From assembly GCA_040437565.1 (NCBI GenBank), contig JBDOQK010000060.1, positions 1-64,000 on the forward strand: 64,000 bases of DNA, in the 5' to 3' direction. Positions 1-13,819 of the stretch are shown piece after piece (the stretch's first letter is position 1; each line of letters opens with the position of its first letter). Source of the stretch: Albugo candida. Taxonomy: Eukaryota. The translations under genes were made by a program, and so were the position numbers. Below the pieces are notes generated by a model, which did no database searches, had not been told where the DNA came from, and saw only the letters and a program-made list of their open reading frames with translations.

Positions 1-816
1 CGTCCAAGTCGATCTGAAGCCTATACAAACAACATCTGTTTTGGCTTCTTAACACTGATCAAACTTGTGTACTGTTTAGCGCACAAAAGAGGTACGATGA
101 AGCGTGCCGTAAAAATGTAAAGTCATGTCGGTCATCAATGAACTACTGTCTATCACTTCTTGAACACAGCATACAAGATGGAAAAACTGCCAGCTAGCGT
201 CTATGTTAGGAGCAGTAACTCTGAATTCTATTGAATGGTCTCATCTTCCCTTCATTACCTTCGACTGCGTGCCGCAACTTCTGCGAGATCAGCATCTAGG
301 GTGCTTGGAGGTGTTCTATCGGGTGGAGAGTTGAACTCCAACGATATTTGATCAAAAAGTCTCCTTTCAACTTTCTTTGTCAGCTATTTTTGTATTGAAA
401 GAATCTTCTCCACCTATTTTGGGTGACTACGAGTTCTTTTAGCTGGCGTATTTTGATGCCATTTTTTGTTGCTGTTTTTGTTATTGATTTTGATTCCGAG
501 GTTGATTTTGAGTTGGATTGTGGTTTTGGTTTAGATTTGGCTTTTTCTTTTTTTGTTGTTGCCGTGTTCCCGGGTTGATGCTGCTCCCGAATCCAAGCAA
601 TAAGGATCACGTTGGCCAAATCGTGGTCGTTCGGGTGGGATAGGAGCGTTTCACCTCGCACAGGATAAAGCAACTTTTCGTAGGCAATTTGTTCGCATAC
701 TTTACCGATGCGGACNNNNNNNNNNNNNNNNNNNNNNNNNNNNNNNNNNNNNNNNNNNNNNNNNNNNNNNNNNNNNNNNNNNNNNNNNNNNNNNNNNNNN
801 NNNNNNNNNNNNNNNA

Positions 817-1362
817 ATTATGGCCAATCAATCAGACTTCAAAGCACAAGTAGGAATGATAGAGGAGCGAATTGTTGCCGCTGGTCATCAAGTGATATTT
901 TACCCAAAATTTCACTGCGAGCTCAATTGTATCGAGAACTTTTGGGCAGCCGCTAAGCGATACGCCAGAAAACACTGCGTTTACACTTGGAAATATTTAC
1001 CGGTAACAGTTCCAGCTGCCTTGGCATCTGTTCCACTGAACGAGATACGTCGACACTCATGAAAAGCTTTGCGATACATGGACGTTTATCGAAAAGGTCT
1101 CACCGGAAAAGAAGCAGAGTATGCGGTGAAAAAGTACAAATCCCACCGACGTGTACCCAATTCTGTTTCGATGGATGTGGGTGTTATGACAAGATAAGTA
1201 GCACCCTTATTGACAGTTTCCTGCAAAACTAATATTATTCTTCGAAACATAATACTATCCTGCGAAACCTAATATTCGACAGAATAGTTAAGGCTGCCAA
1301 ATTTTCTCCAACCCTAGGAAAATGCCAAAATTCAGACGACTTAGCACCGCTACTGCTCCATG
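817..1362 (+). mobile_element. 3' part of an IS630/Tc1/mariner-type DDE transposon; transposase C-terminus (820-1197) has an in-frame stop
   Basis: Translation gives PKFHCELNCIENFWAAAKRYARKHC, then TGA at 1060-1062, then RYMDVYRKGLTGKEAEYAVKKYKSHRR. Putative terminus CCGCTACTGCTCCATG at 1347-1362 is shared with the element at 27860. The 5' part is lost in a gap. Confidence 0.85.
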
Positions 1363-3532
1363 AAAGGAATACGACTTAATACTGTTGATAAATTTACATA
1401 ATTGATCCGGTTTATCTGTAAATCTTCAAGTATTGAAATGGGTTCGAGTACTTCTGTTTAATCACACGCAACAAACGGATTTACGACCATCCTGGCACTG
1501 TGAGCAATGATACTTCATTAAGCAAACCATCATCGTTACAGCTGATAACAAGTGCGTCGCCTCACGACCGACAAGCACAAGTACTTTCTTGAAACGAGCT
1601 TGATTTACTATGGTAACTCTTCTTTTTGAGTCGAAAGTAATACCATTTGTCATCAGATCCGAGTGGGTCCCGCTTGAGGGCGTGCCTTATGCGTTTATAA
1701 ATCACGCTTTCCAAATGATTAGATTGTAGCAGCCTTCTTGTGACTACTTTCGACCTCCAAGCTTGGTTTCTCATTCTCAAGGTTTGTGCAATGACAACAA
1801 AACGAATTGAACTAAGTGGAATGTATATCGATAAAGCCAACTCAAACGCTTTCCTTCAAATCTATTCGTGAAGACTCGACCAGCGAATAATCAATCGATG
1901 AGGTAATTCGAGAATCAATGCACCTCTTTGACACTCGTAGAGCAATTTTGCGTTTGTCTCGTGTGTTTCGTAACATTCCGTCTTGCCATCATACCAGAAT
2001 GCCTTAAAAGCCTTGTCGTCACTCTTCGTACACTTGTAGTAAAGAATGACCACAATTCCACGAAAAGACGGTATCACCAATATTGTGCTCCTAATGGATG
2101 CAGCACATTAATCTGATATGAGAATAACACTGCTGAGCACTCAATGAGCATGAATACACGTAACCGGATGATCGTTAAAGGCTATGCGCGTCTAGTCTGG
2201 TGTTATTTGATGGACTTTCCAGGACACTGTTTCGATGCTAAAAGCTAGCTAAGAAACGCCCATGTAGCGTCCAGAGAAGGCACTACTTTGCATTGTTCGA
2301 GTAACTCATATCCATACAACTGGTATAACTGCTCTGACTTTATTCTTAGTAGATCGAGAGAATCAATAAAAATGTTATCTACCTCATTGATAGGTGACCA
2401 GGTCCGTCATCAATCAGGCTATTCAAGTTTCAATCAGCAGCGCCTTCAAGCGAAATAAGCTTATGCCATGCTGGTGCGTACAGGTATCTTGTGGCCATCG
2501 TTGCGTACAGTTCCAGGATGGATGATGGTAAAGATGTGTTTCATACAAACTGTCATGAAGCAATCGAGCTACAAAAATGCCTACTTTAAAAGGAACGACA
2601 TTTGCACGCTACTTAGTTACATCTTAGTGCATTGCATGTCAGACAGACTGAAAGAGTTTCATGGTTTGTTGTGTACAATCAAGTCAACCACTTGCTACAA
2701 AGACCCTTGCGAAATTGCAAATTCACGCAAAGGTCTTCCGGGATCCATCAGGTCGCTCACCAATCAGAATGTGCTTGTGATAATTACAATACTCATTAGA
2801 TTCTGTGCTGCCTGGTCTACAATAAAGATTCTTAGAGCTCTAGTCAAAAGTCTGTCCGGTTTTGATGCTTTTTTCAAGTTTGTATGGCTTTATTACAGGT
2901 CGTACTGCCGATACATATACCCCTCGCATTTATATATTGCTGCCGGCCACAGAAGCATTTTATGATGTCGACCACTTTTGCATGCATTTGTGCAGTGTCA
3001 ATCGGAAGCATAAAAGGCAAATCGTAACAGAAATAAAATACAGTAAGGATCTTATTTGAAAGTTCACAGAACACGTGGATTGATACACCAAGTCATCTTT
3101 TGTTTAAGTAGTACCAGATGGAAACATCGAATAACGTTCAGTAGCTAATAACTTTTGATAACATATGTTTATTGAGCAGCTCCCGTTCTGTCCTATTATC
3201 ACTATTTTCGCTATCGAGCCCACAAAAAGTCATTTACGTGCTTGCTCGACTATCATATCGAACCAAAAAACATCCTGTATTCAGACTCCTTTACATGTTA
3301 TACGACTATTCATTCGTACTAGGACGTAAGGTTGCACGCATTCGGAGTGATTATTCCTTTGAACAGTAAAGCTTTCGTCAGGTATCGTGTGATGCGTCGT
3401 GTGGTCATTTGAAGAGCAAAAAGAACAATAAATCGGGAGGTACCATTCTGATGAGCTGATTTGCATTAATTAGAAGTAAACTATACGATATCAGCGTATT
3501 TTTTGAGTGTACGTTCGCCTCATCGACTCAAT

Positions 3533-3547
3533 TCATTTCTAAATTTC
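3533..3547 (+). promoter_or_regulatory. Oomycete INR+FPR core promoter element
   Basis: TCATTTCTAAATTTC matches the consensus TCATTYBNNNWTTY, just upstream of the ATG at 3551. The same motif precedes the paralog at 35753. Confidence 0.7.
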
Positions 3548-3550
3548 CAA

Positions 3551-4825
3551 ATGGAATTGACAAACTGATTTCTTCGACTTTATGGCGCGCTTCTTTGTGT
3601 TTTGCTCGTGGCACGCATCGATGCATCTTCCTCGCTCGTAGGGAAAGCGGACAACGAATTGGTGGATGCGATCCGCCAAGTGAGGATGTATAAAGATAAA
3701 GACAAGTGTATGGCCCTATTCGACTTTGATGGATCTTTGACATATGGTTCGCTTGGAAGTGCACTTTTATACTATCAGATTGACCAGATGAAATTCGGTT
3801 TTACACCGATGAAGTTTCGTGCAGCATTTTACTTCTCGCCCGATGATACAAAGACGTGCTTTGCAATGAATTAGCTGGCTCTTGATCAGAACAAATTTGC
3901 AATCCCTACTACGAATCTCTTTCGCGCTCTGCAAACGCAGTATACCTTGTTGTATGATAAGATGTATGGAGAGGAGAAAAAGTCGTTGAGAGATGTGAAA
4001 GATGAGGCTGAGTACAAACGATTCAGGCTAATTCAGTGGAATGGTACGACGTGAGAAAGGAAGTACACCGCTAACAAAATACCAATCAAGTAGATGGTGA
4101 ATGTATTTGGATATGAATACCGTCAAAGAGATTTTAATTGAAGTGGCTACATATGAAGCTGATAAAATGCCTGACGTGGATGGTATGTTCAACATTGATG
4201 GTCAATCTGCACGAGTTGATTATAAGTTTGATTTCAAAATTCAGACAAGAATGCTCGATCTGATCAAAATTCTCAATAGAGAAACACTCATACAGTCATT
4301 ATGACCGGAGCTGAGAACACTATGATGTCATATTACAATGATCAAGTAATTCATGCTAACTCTGTGTATGGCACGCAATACACGGAGCATGAAGCTCAAG
4401 TCTCTTCCCAAACAGGGTCAAATCTAAGTGCAGTGTATCACTAGACATCATCGCAAACAGATACGCCTGAACTGAGTCCACCTACTTTCTTAGGATATGG
4501 CAAACCGGGCACTATATTTCCAGTAGTATACGGAAAAGATTAGATACTCAAGCAGATTATGGAGATGCGTGGATCCGAACCGTGCATTGTCTTTGCAGAC
4601 TCGGTATCAGATTATGGCTTGGTCCAACATATGAAGAGAGGCGTGATTGTTGTTGTTCAAAGCTCGGAAAAGGAGAAGCTGCACGAGAAAATCATGCGTG
4701 ATCATATTGCAGTGGAAGAACACCATGTGAGGGTTTTCAAGCAGCTTGTCCATAGCACGAATTAGATTGATCGAATGTTTCATTTTCGTGGAGATACGCG
4801 CATCACTACCTCAGTCGAGCAATAG
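3551..4825 (+). pseudogene. Secreted HAD-like hydrolase family pseudogene (copy A1)
   Basis: Signal-peptide-like start with TGA at codon 6 (TGC in copy 35753). Motif I KCMALFDFDGSL, motif II VIMTGAE, motif IV PCIVFADSVSDYGLV. Several stops and frameshifts. Colinear with the intact gene 41352-42641. Confidence 0.85.
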
Positions 4826-7356
4826 CTCAGCTGAATCATTTTTCTTTGTGTCATTTGCGATCCTCCTTTGTCAATACCGAATCAAGCTTCATCTTCTGTA
4901 GGACTTCTCAGATATCCTTTGTTGTGAGCAACGCAACGTCGCTAAATCAAGATCAGTTTCTACTCTGACAATTCTTTTAGGCGATGAACAATGTTGTAGA
5001 CATGTTTCTGCTTGCTTTTACAGCGGAAAAAATCGTCTTTACAATGCGATCGAGAGTAGTCATACGATTCAGCGATCCCTATTCCAATTTAATGTGATAT
5101 CATCTGAATGGTTGAGGCTGCTTTCTTTCTCTATTGCTTGTAACTGATGAATTTGATCGTATAAGGCTTTAGCTCTATCAGATGATAAAGGCGCCTCTTG
5201 TTTCTGGATCATACACGAGCTGTACAAGTGGGAGGGATCTATTTTTCTCGTACACATTTGCTGGATCAACATGATGTAGCAAAAAAAAATCTGTAAACGC
5301 TTCCATTGACATGTAGTACAAGCCAGACTTCGATTTAATAAATTCTGATGCTGACACTTCTTGTGAAACCATAAAAAGCTTCCATCCAATGACTTTCGAG
5401 TCAAATAGGATAAAAGAGCCACACAAGCACGTGACACATAAGATATTTAGACGCCGTCGTTTTCTTATCTGATTCTGTATGTAAAGCCTTAGACTTGTTA
5501 TGTAGCACAGAGGCGTTCTCTATGTCACAAAACAAAATTCCAGACACGATACATATTTATGCTTGTTGCACAGACTCATAAATATTTGTGCTTGATATCT
5601 CTCATATTACAGTCGCACTCCTCGATTTACGCATTCAGAGAGAACGGCAAGACTTGTCGGATTTTGCATGAGAAGTTGCAGAATGCAGCAGCTTATTAGT
5701 CGTTGCGCACAATCATTATTATAGAACGAAAAGTCAATTTTGTATTGCATATTTTGATGGTGTATAAATGCGACTATAGTAAAAGGCTTCTGATAGAGCC
5801 TGTGTAGTGAGATCACATAATTCTGAAGACGCAGGTAGGAATTTATAAGTGCGATTGAATCAATCTTCCGATGAAAAAAGACATTTATTAGGAGCGGCAA
5901 AGAACAGTATTGAATTTCTCAATCTGTTTGGTCGAGTATGTATTTGAACATCCAAATTTGAGCCTTTGTCGTCTGGTTCTAGAAACGTCATTCAATGGTG
6001 TTATGCCAATCTCAAACTACAACTTCTCGAAGCGATCACAGGATTTTTAATGAGCTCGACATCTTCTTACCTCTTCCTGCGATTGCTCAGGCCTCACATT
6101 CAATGCCGAAGTTGATGTGCTGAAGTCAGATTAAGTCAAAGAATGAGAACTGCAACAAATTTAGCTCTTTGATCCCTTCGACATATATCTCATGTAGGCC
6201 TACTGTCGCGTGTTCTAATTGCGAATTAATAAAACTGCGATGGGATTGTAATAGCGTTTGTACGGTCTCATGACACCAAAGCCCTCAAAACTGAGAGAGG
6301 GAGTGATTTATTGATACTCAATATCGCATATGATAGCTCATATCAGTTTGTGGCACTTTCTGTGAGACTAATCGGGGTAGTCTCTGAATACAGGTTGAAT
6401 GTGAAACGCGCAATCTATAGCGACAAATGAAGCGCATATTCGAGCACTTAGTGATTCTGTATAACCTGATAAAGTCGAAAATCAATAAGAATCGATTATA
6501 ATAGACTTGATGCTTCGAAAATGTACATGTTTTGTTATGTTGGCAACATCATATAAATTTTACCTGTAAAGCATAAAATTGCCCATGTTCTGCAATCTCT
6601 TTTGACAAATCGACTTCTTATAAATGCAAAGGCTGGCTTAGATAGTAGACACACATACATTCGTATGCCGCAATCGTATAACCTAATGAGCAGTCAAATT
6701 TATGCACGTGATCAATGAAAGTAGCACACTTGAAGCATGATATACACTTTTGACCTTTTCTTTTATGTAGACCTACAATATCATCCTGGTTGTACTGCAT
6801 ATGTTGAGTCATTCAGGGACAAGGGTATCTAATATACATGCCATGGGACCCAAATTTCTGCTGCCACAGGTTACCATGCTACCAGACCGACGTGTATGAA
6901 TCACAGGTTCTAAAAGTAGTTTTTTATCTAGCGGCAGAGCAGCTTAGCCTTTCCTATCAGGTCAGCAATATTCATTCTAAAGGAAGCGCTCCAAATGAGC
7001 GCCATGCACTGAAGAATCAAAAGTGTTGCTGGAAAAAGAAAGTGCAGCAAGGTACATGCTAGCTAAGGGGTCTTCGAATAAACGCTACAAGGGCTAACCA
7101 TGTATCGGTGAGCTTTCTAGATTGAGTACGGACTAATCTAACATCGTGCTCAATGCACTGAATCCAGTCATTGTAAAAGATGGCTAAAAATTAGTGGTGA
7201 ACGTCGCAAATTGGGAAGAGTGAGTGCTATGCAGACGTGTCTAAACAAAGACAAATGAACAAGAACTGCAGTAATTGTTGTTGATGATGCAATTTGCACA
7301 GGTCATATCGATTTTTGATTGTAATTAATCATAAGATAGTTGAGAATGAAATCAAG

Positions 7357-10300
7357 ACTAAGAAAAGTGCTTTGCATGAGCTATTACTCTCCAACACTTT
7401 CGAAGCGAAGTCAGAACATTCCGTGTTTGGTGATTCTAACAAATCACTCGATCCATCTTGATACGTGACTTTTGGATTGAATTTCGCAGTCAAGTGTGGC
7501 AACCGCTCGGCTAATCCAATATATGACTGAAAAAGAATTCACAGGATCATTACCGCGCAAGAATTGACAAAATTACATACTCATGTCGGCAAAGATACAA
7601 CATCTCTTTTAGTGACATGTAGGATATCATCTTGCAAAATAAGTAACTTTTGCAAATCCAACTGAATCTCCGGGACGAGGATATTAGAAATGTCATAAGA
7701 ATATTTGAACATCTTCAAGTTGTCTAAGCAATCAAATTGCAAGCGATTTTGGTGCGTAAGAAGTTGCGGACAGCTTCGAAGCCCGGAAACACTGGGAAAG
7801 TTGTAAGACGAAAATCAAAAACAGCTCTATGGAATCCAGGAAAAGATTTCACAAGATAGCCTACGTGATATTGATTATATCAAGAGTGTTTTGATAGCCC
7901 CAGCATCTCGAAATCGCACTCCAGACACCGATCAGTCGCGGCATTCTTTCGAATCGAGTCTCGAACAATTCAGAGTTTTGGTTGAAAACAATGCAAAATA
8001 TAACCAAGATGAGAGTTTCGATCGTCACGTGAAGCATATGGAGAACGCTTCCGAGTATTTGTTCGCTCTTCAAATAGTTCTTTTCGTCGTTTACCGATTG
8101 AGAATGGGACCAAAAATTGTGGCACCGTGACATCGAACCCGAGGGACATTATTGACGAACTCAGAGATCATTGAGGTGTCGTCATGGGCTCTATCTATAG
8201 CTCCGAGACCGACTCAAGTTTCGCTTTCGTCAGAGGAGCAAGACCGTGTCTTAAATCGCTTGAATACGACCAAGATGGTGGAAGCGATCAAGAACATGCG
8301 AAGGTGTTCCTCTACAGTTATGGATGGACTATCAGCTGCATTTTATCACCTTTATATGGAAACTTTTGGCGAGTGTCTGAAGATCGTGTTCGAATATCAG
8401 CCCGAAACAGGTACCTTATTTCGATCATAACATCACTCGGCAGTTACCTTATTATATACAAAATAGGATTACGAGAACACTGGCAGCTATCGCCAATCAC
8501 ACTACTCTACGTTGATGTAGAAGTATTTTTTAGAATTATTGGCGTATCGATTGCAATGGTTTTTGCCGGAATTGATCCATCAAGATCAAAAATCATTGGT
8601 ACGAGGACGGTCATTGCATCACCACATGTGACATCTCACCGACATGTAGGGGCCTTTCTTGACTTCGAGAAAGCTTATGATCGAGTCAATTGGACGTACA
8701 CGTTTCGCGTTTTGGAAAAATGGGCGCTGGAAAAAACTTTATCGACTGGGTCGTCTTTCGTGAAACCGTTCATTGAGAAGTGAATCAAGGCAATCCGCAG
8801 CCATCTGATGACGATCGAGCCTCTGGCAGAATCATTTCGTCAACATGAAGAACATGGAATTTGGATCAATAGAACAACTGTCGCCACTAATTTATTTGCG
8901 GACGAGTTGACATTGCTTTTAGAAACACCACATGGTGTTTTGACGCAGCTCTAACTCGCTCATGTTTACTGCGATGGATCTGGTGCGAAAGTCAACTCAA
9001 GCAAATAATCCTTGCTCTCGTCAAATCGAACCATACCGTGTACATGTATTCCCAATTTGATTATACTATGTCCAGAGGATTCGGTGAAGCATTTGGATAT
9101 TACGTTCGGCCAGACACCGACTCATTCTAGGCTTTTTTCGACTGTCGAAATAAGTTTGTATGATGGGTTTGGTGTATGTTTTTTAAGGTAGATATAAAAC
9201 TAAAACTCATTTCAAAACGACATTTACTGTCTACTCATAATCTTACGTTTCCTATGACTCTCTTGCGCACTCAGCCAACAGTCGCTTCGCTTATGAGCGT
9301 CAATGTACTCCAGCAATCACCGTGTTCCAAGAGTCGCGTCGGTTCAACAATCCTTCCCGGGATGTTTTCACACTGGACACATTAGTTCGCGTAGTTCGCG
9401 TAGCCGCCAATGTCTTGGTGACCACGTCAGCCCGCATCATTTTAGACTCACAATACACCACGTTGATTACTCCCTTCTTGTTGTAATCCTTAACGAAGTT
9501 GTGCTTTACCGCGTTCTGCTTCGCTCTTCCCGAGCTGTCCTCGCCGGTGATCTGTTTAATCGCCATCTTGTTGTCGACGTGAACTATCATTGGAGCTTCC
9601 ACTTTGATTTTAATCTCATCGAGTAGATCACACATTCCGAGTAGCTCACTCGTCACCAGCGAAGACTCAACAGACTTTTCCTCCATTGTAGATAGAGCCA
9701 CGTTTGCTTGTTTCTTGCAGATCCACCACACTATGATCCCGTTCATACACACCACTACACCACTAACAGACTCGCGATATTTACAATCCTTTGCATAATC
9801 GGTCACTATAGCCTTGTAATGGCACTTGTCCACTTTTTAAATTGTCATCATCATCCTTCATCCGGAATGATAAATACTTCGTTCCTTTCAGATACTTAAC
9901 GATCCGCTTAGCCCATCGCCCATCGCATTCGCGTGGCATATGTGCCCGTCGGCTGGCTCGACGCACGGCAAACGCGATGCCAGGTCTCGTACAGCGCGCA
10001 ATCCACAGCAGGTTCCCGATCAACGACTATAATGTGAATATTGTCGGTTTCTCTATCATTCCACCGCTTCCTCCAAGTAGGAACTCGCCTTCGCCTCCAC
10101 TGTCTTGATCATCTCCGACCGGTGCTCATGCTGGATTTGACAGCTCAAGTCCAGTAGGAACGATCATTTGTTGAATGCATTGCTCTTTCTCTGGTGAGTA
10201 CCTATTTCGAGTGTCGTACGTCACTCCCATGCCTAGAAACTTTGTCACCATTCCGAGGTCCATCCCTTCTAGCACGTGCATGTCCTTAGAGAATTGATCG

Positions 10301-13300
10301 AGCATGGTCACCTTCGCTCCCGTCACCAAAGATCATCCACATACACACCCACTATCGTGGTCTCGGAATCACCCCTTTTGCAGTACAGACAGCTGTCGGT
10401 GTAACACTGCACTGTGCGAAGCCCAATTTCTCGAGAGTTTTGTGTAGGAGCTCGGCCCAGAGCGTCCAGCTTGCTTTAGACCGTATATGATCTTCTTCAG
10501 TTTCAATGCTACGTTGCTTCAGACACTCTAAACTTGGTCCCTTCCAAAACCATGCATTGCGGGGGATGCAAGAGTATATCCAAATCTTCCTCCTTCTAAG
10601 CCTTCACGTATGCGTTAGGAACAACTCTTGTCGCGTGGGGACTCGCCACAACCTTACAAGCGCTAGAACTATCTTTGCCGTCGTCATGTTCATCACTGCA
10701 GTGAATGTCATTTTGTAATTAACACCATGGTTGATAAAAGGCTTTTTNNNNNNNNNNNNNNNNNNNNNNNNNNNNNNNNNNNNNNNNNNNNNNNNNNNNN
10801 NNNNNNNNNNNNNNNNNNNNNNNNNNNNNNNNNNNNNNNNNNNNNNNAATACGCTTCCTCCATTTGGCATGTAGACGTTGGAGTCAGTGATAGGCTGCTT
10901 GGACAGCTCGTTTATTTCCCGCACCAGGTCGTGGACCAAACTTCCGATGAGTCCTTCCAATCTGTCAAATCGGTCGCGACCGTCTTCAGAGTCTCCATTA
11001 TCGCTCTTTCGAGGAGGAATCGCGCCTTCGCCCGCTCCTCCTCTAACCTGAGATGTAGCCAGCTAGGCAGCATTGGTAGCGGCGTCGGCAGCGTGGTTGT
11101 CTTGTGGAGTCGTTGGGCTCATAACCTATTGCTTCGTAGATCGCCCGTAAAGGTAGATATAAAACTAAAACTTATTTCAAAACGACGTTTTATTGTATGC
11201 TCATGACCTTACGTTTCCTACGACTCTCTAGCGCACGCAGCCAACAGTCACCTTGCTTATGAGCAGTCAATGTACTCCAGTAATCATCGTGTTCCAAGAG
11301 TCGCTTCGTTTCAAAATATGGTTCCGACATGCACGAACTGTGCGTGGTCGACTACTGGTTGCGCAGACGATTATTTTATCCCGTCTGTGGCATCACACGA
11401 TGCACCTGTACATATCAGGAGAGTCTATTCGAATGTGACAGCCGATGCTAAAAAATTGTGCTTGGTCGGAAACACTAAAGATTCAAAGCACGTTCACCTC
11501 ATCAGCAAAAGGTTCATCTTCGCCGACAAGATGGTGGACTACAAGTTCCTTTTTCAGTGGGACGACTGAAGCCACCACGTATTCAATTCATTCAGCGATT
11601 CGCATCCGATGCGTTCACAATTATTTCATCGAACTGGGAAACGACTTTGACAGGAACTATTACAGCTTATTCAACTTCCGTCTGCGCCACAAAAGCCGAT
11701 CGACATATTCACTATCGCAACATATCGACATGAGAAGATGGTCCAACGGGAGAGAACATCTTTATAGAGGTAAGACGCATTTAAAAGGTAGGATCAGATG
11801 GATAGTGGCAGTACAATATCAGATCTTAATGCTCTACAACGCCGTCAGTACTACATGGAACAACCGATGTTGTTTCACTGCGAAGAAATATTACAATATG
11901 AAGCTGCTACTCGTATAAAAAACATTAGGTACAATAACGGCATGATGAACGAACCAGATCGGACGTTTTGGAAATCGTTTGCAACACTTTTCGACATCCA
12001 AAGTCTTTTCGAGAAAGCGACACATGGCCAACGAAGGAAGCTCTCGTCGCTGTAATAAACAGCGACGAAGGGCTGAACACATCGGATGGGTTGAAGAATT
12101 ATTATTGAGTCGATTTTGCAATGAAGCTACTCGGATCCTACAGCGTATTAACTCAACGATTGGTCTCATCTCTTGGATCCAACAAAACGCAAGTGGCAGA
12201 TCGTTTATGTAGGAGTACAAAGCATTAGAAGAGAAAAATTAATTCCGATCTAATCCACGCTCTCAACTTCCACGAATGGTTTGTAAACATTCCAAGCCAA
12301 CCAAGAATCATCCGATGTTGACACAACGGTCATCAAGAGAGCGGTCGGACGCATTGAATTTATTCGAATTGAAACATTTATGGCTACATCCCGGCATCTT
12401 CGGAAACGTGGCTTACCGATTTCGAAGATAAAGAGTTGCGCCTAACCTTTGGATGTTGCCAGTTTAATATCTCGTTTCTCGTTCCTTGATAATTTTCAGC
12501 CCGACATTACATTGTACACGCAGCCTTTGTGTGGGGAAGTAGAATTCGATCAGCATCTCTTTCCCGAGTGCGACCACACGGCACAATCATGAAGTGAATT
12601 ACTCCCTGCTTGGGACCAGTTTTTCTCATCCTGACGACGTTCGACGCATATTGCATGTCCAATTGTGCCAAGACTTCGGGCCGACATCGAAGGATTATCA
12701 GTAAAATATATCCTATTTATGGCTTGAATTGCAAGCGGTGACGCTTCACTTCTTCTGGACCGATCGGAATCGTCGTTTGTTTGGCCGGTGCTCAGCAACT
12801 CCGACAGTTCCAGCAATTGCAGCGATCTACACCACGTTTAGTGCGCACGTTCGGTACTGTAAAGGCAGTGTTACGATCAAGACGATTGCATTCCGCTTGC
12901 TAAAGCTGGCTCAAATCGCGACGCAAGATTTATTCGGTGGATCTTCAGAAGTCGAAGATCATTGCTGCGGGCACGACAGGAAAGTCGAAATGCAAATGCA
13001 ACTCATATCGTAGTACTAGTTGGATGCTACCTTCAAGCAGGTGTGGTGAGCACCGATCTGGAAGACACAGTACCTTTGGCCATCACAACCTTCGTAGCAT
13101 TTACACGCTGGACAGAGGCTCTTGTTTTGGTGGTTTGAAGCTACCACACTGTAGGAGTATCAGCCGGACTGTATATTATTATCTCTCAGAGGTATTTGCA
13201 CGAAATGTTTTTGTAAATGTATGTATATCTGTTGTTCAACAAAGCCTAGGCAACTAGAGAAGTTTGTTAGTCTAATTTAGTAAAAAAAGACAACTGCGAT
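7357..13300 (+). mobile_element. Degenerate 5'-truncated L1-like non-LTR retrotransposon (APE-RT-C-terminal domain, 3' UTR), interrupted by a Copia element
   Basis: APE-like VFGDSN (~7425) and RIDKI (~7560). RT motifs MDGLSAAFY, PITLLYVDV, FLDFEKAYDRVNW and LFADE (~8895). After the Copia: RGRLLVAQTIILSRLWH and FWTDRNRRLF. Possible degenerate TSD tgagaatgaaatcaa (7341) / tgagaatgcaaccaa (13301). Confidence 0.85.
9179..11316 (-). mobile_element. Degenerate Ty1/Copia LTR retrotransposon nested in the LINE
   Basis: Two similar LTRs at ~9179-9349 and 11127-11316. PBS GGTTATGAGCCC (minus, 11115-11126). Purine tract next to the left LTR. RT/RNase H remnants IGNLLWIARCTRPGIAFAV, KKQANVALSTMEE and VDNKMAI. 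Flanks tatg / tatgg form a partial TSD. The middle is lost in a gap. Confidence 0.92.
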
Positions 13301-13819
13301 TGAGAATGCAACCAAAAACTGTCAATACCAGATTGATAGCATGCGTTGTGTGAGTTATGGCGGATTGCAACCATGACGGCAGCCACACATATGCATGAAA
13401 CGTGCCGTCATAAAAAATACTTCCAATACTACCGCGTTGCCCATATCGAGGTGAACGCATCATTCAGGCAAATTGAGACTTATGTTGTTTAAAGGGAAGC
13501 CGTTGTACGACACTACCACAGTACACAAACACAATGCAAGGAGTGAGCTATAACACGTTGAATATTAAGCAAGTTCTTCGCTTTGTGATACAGCCAAATA
13601 CACGCCAATAATGGATGTCTTGCTCATGGCAGTATCGTGATAGAGTAGGTATATGGTCGAGGCAATGTACAAGTATGGAAGCTGCTTGATGTTTGGGGAT
13701 TTCGACTGAGGTATCGATATTGCAATCAGAATAAGTCATCACATTGCACTATCTGCACGAATGGTGTTACGCGAATGATGGTAATCTCTCTTGCAAGATA
13801 CGACATACGTTTATATGTG

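Noticed and set aside
380-673. Lys/Ser-rich 97-aa minus-strand ORF
   Set aside because: Low complexity, next to a gap, no recognisable domain.
4850-5440. Coding-like minus-strand fragments downstream of HAD copy A1
   Set aside because: Short and frameshifted; no family recognised.
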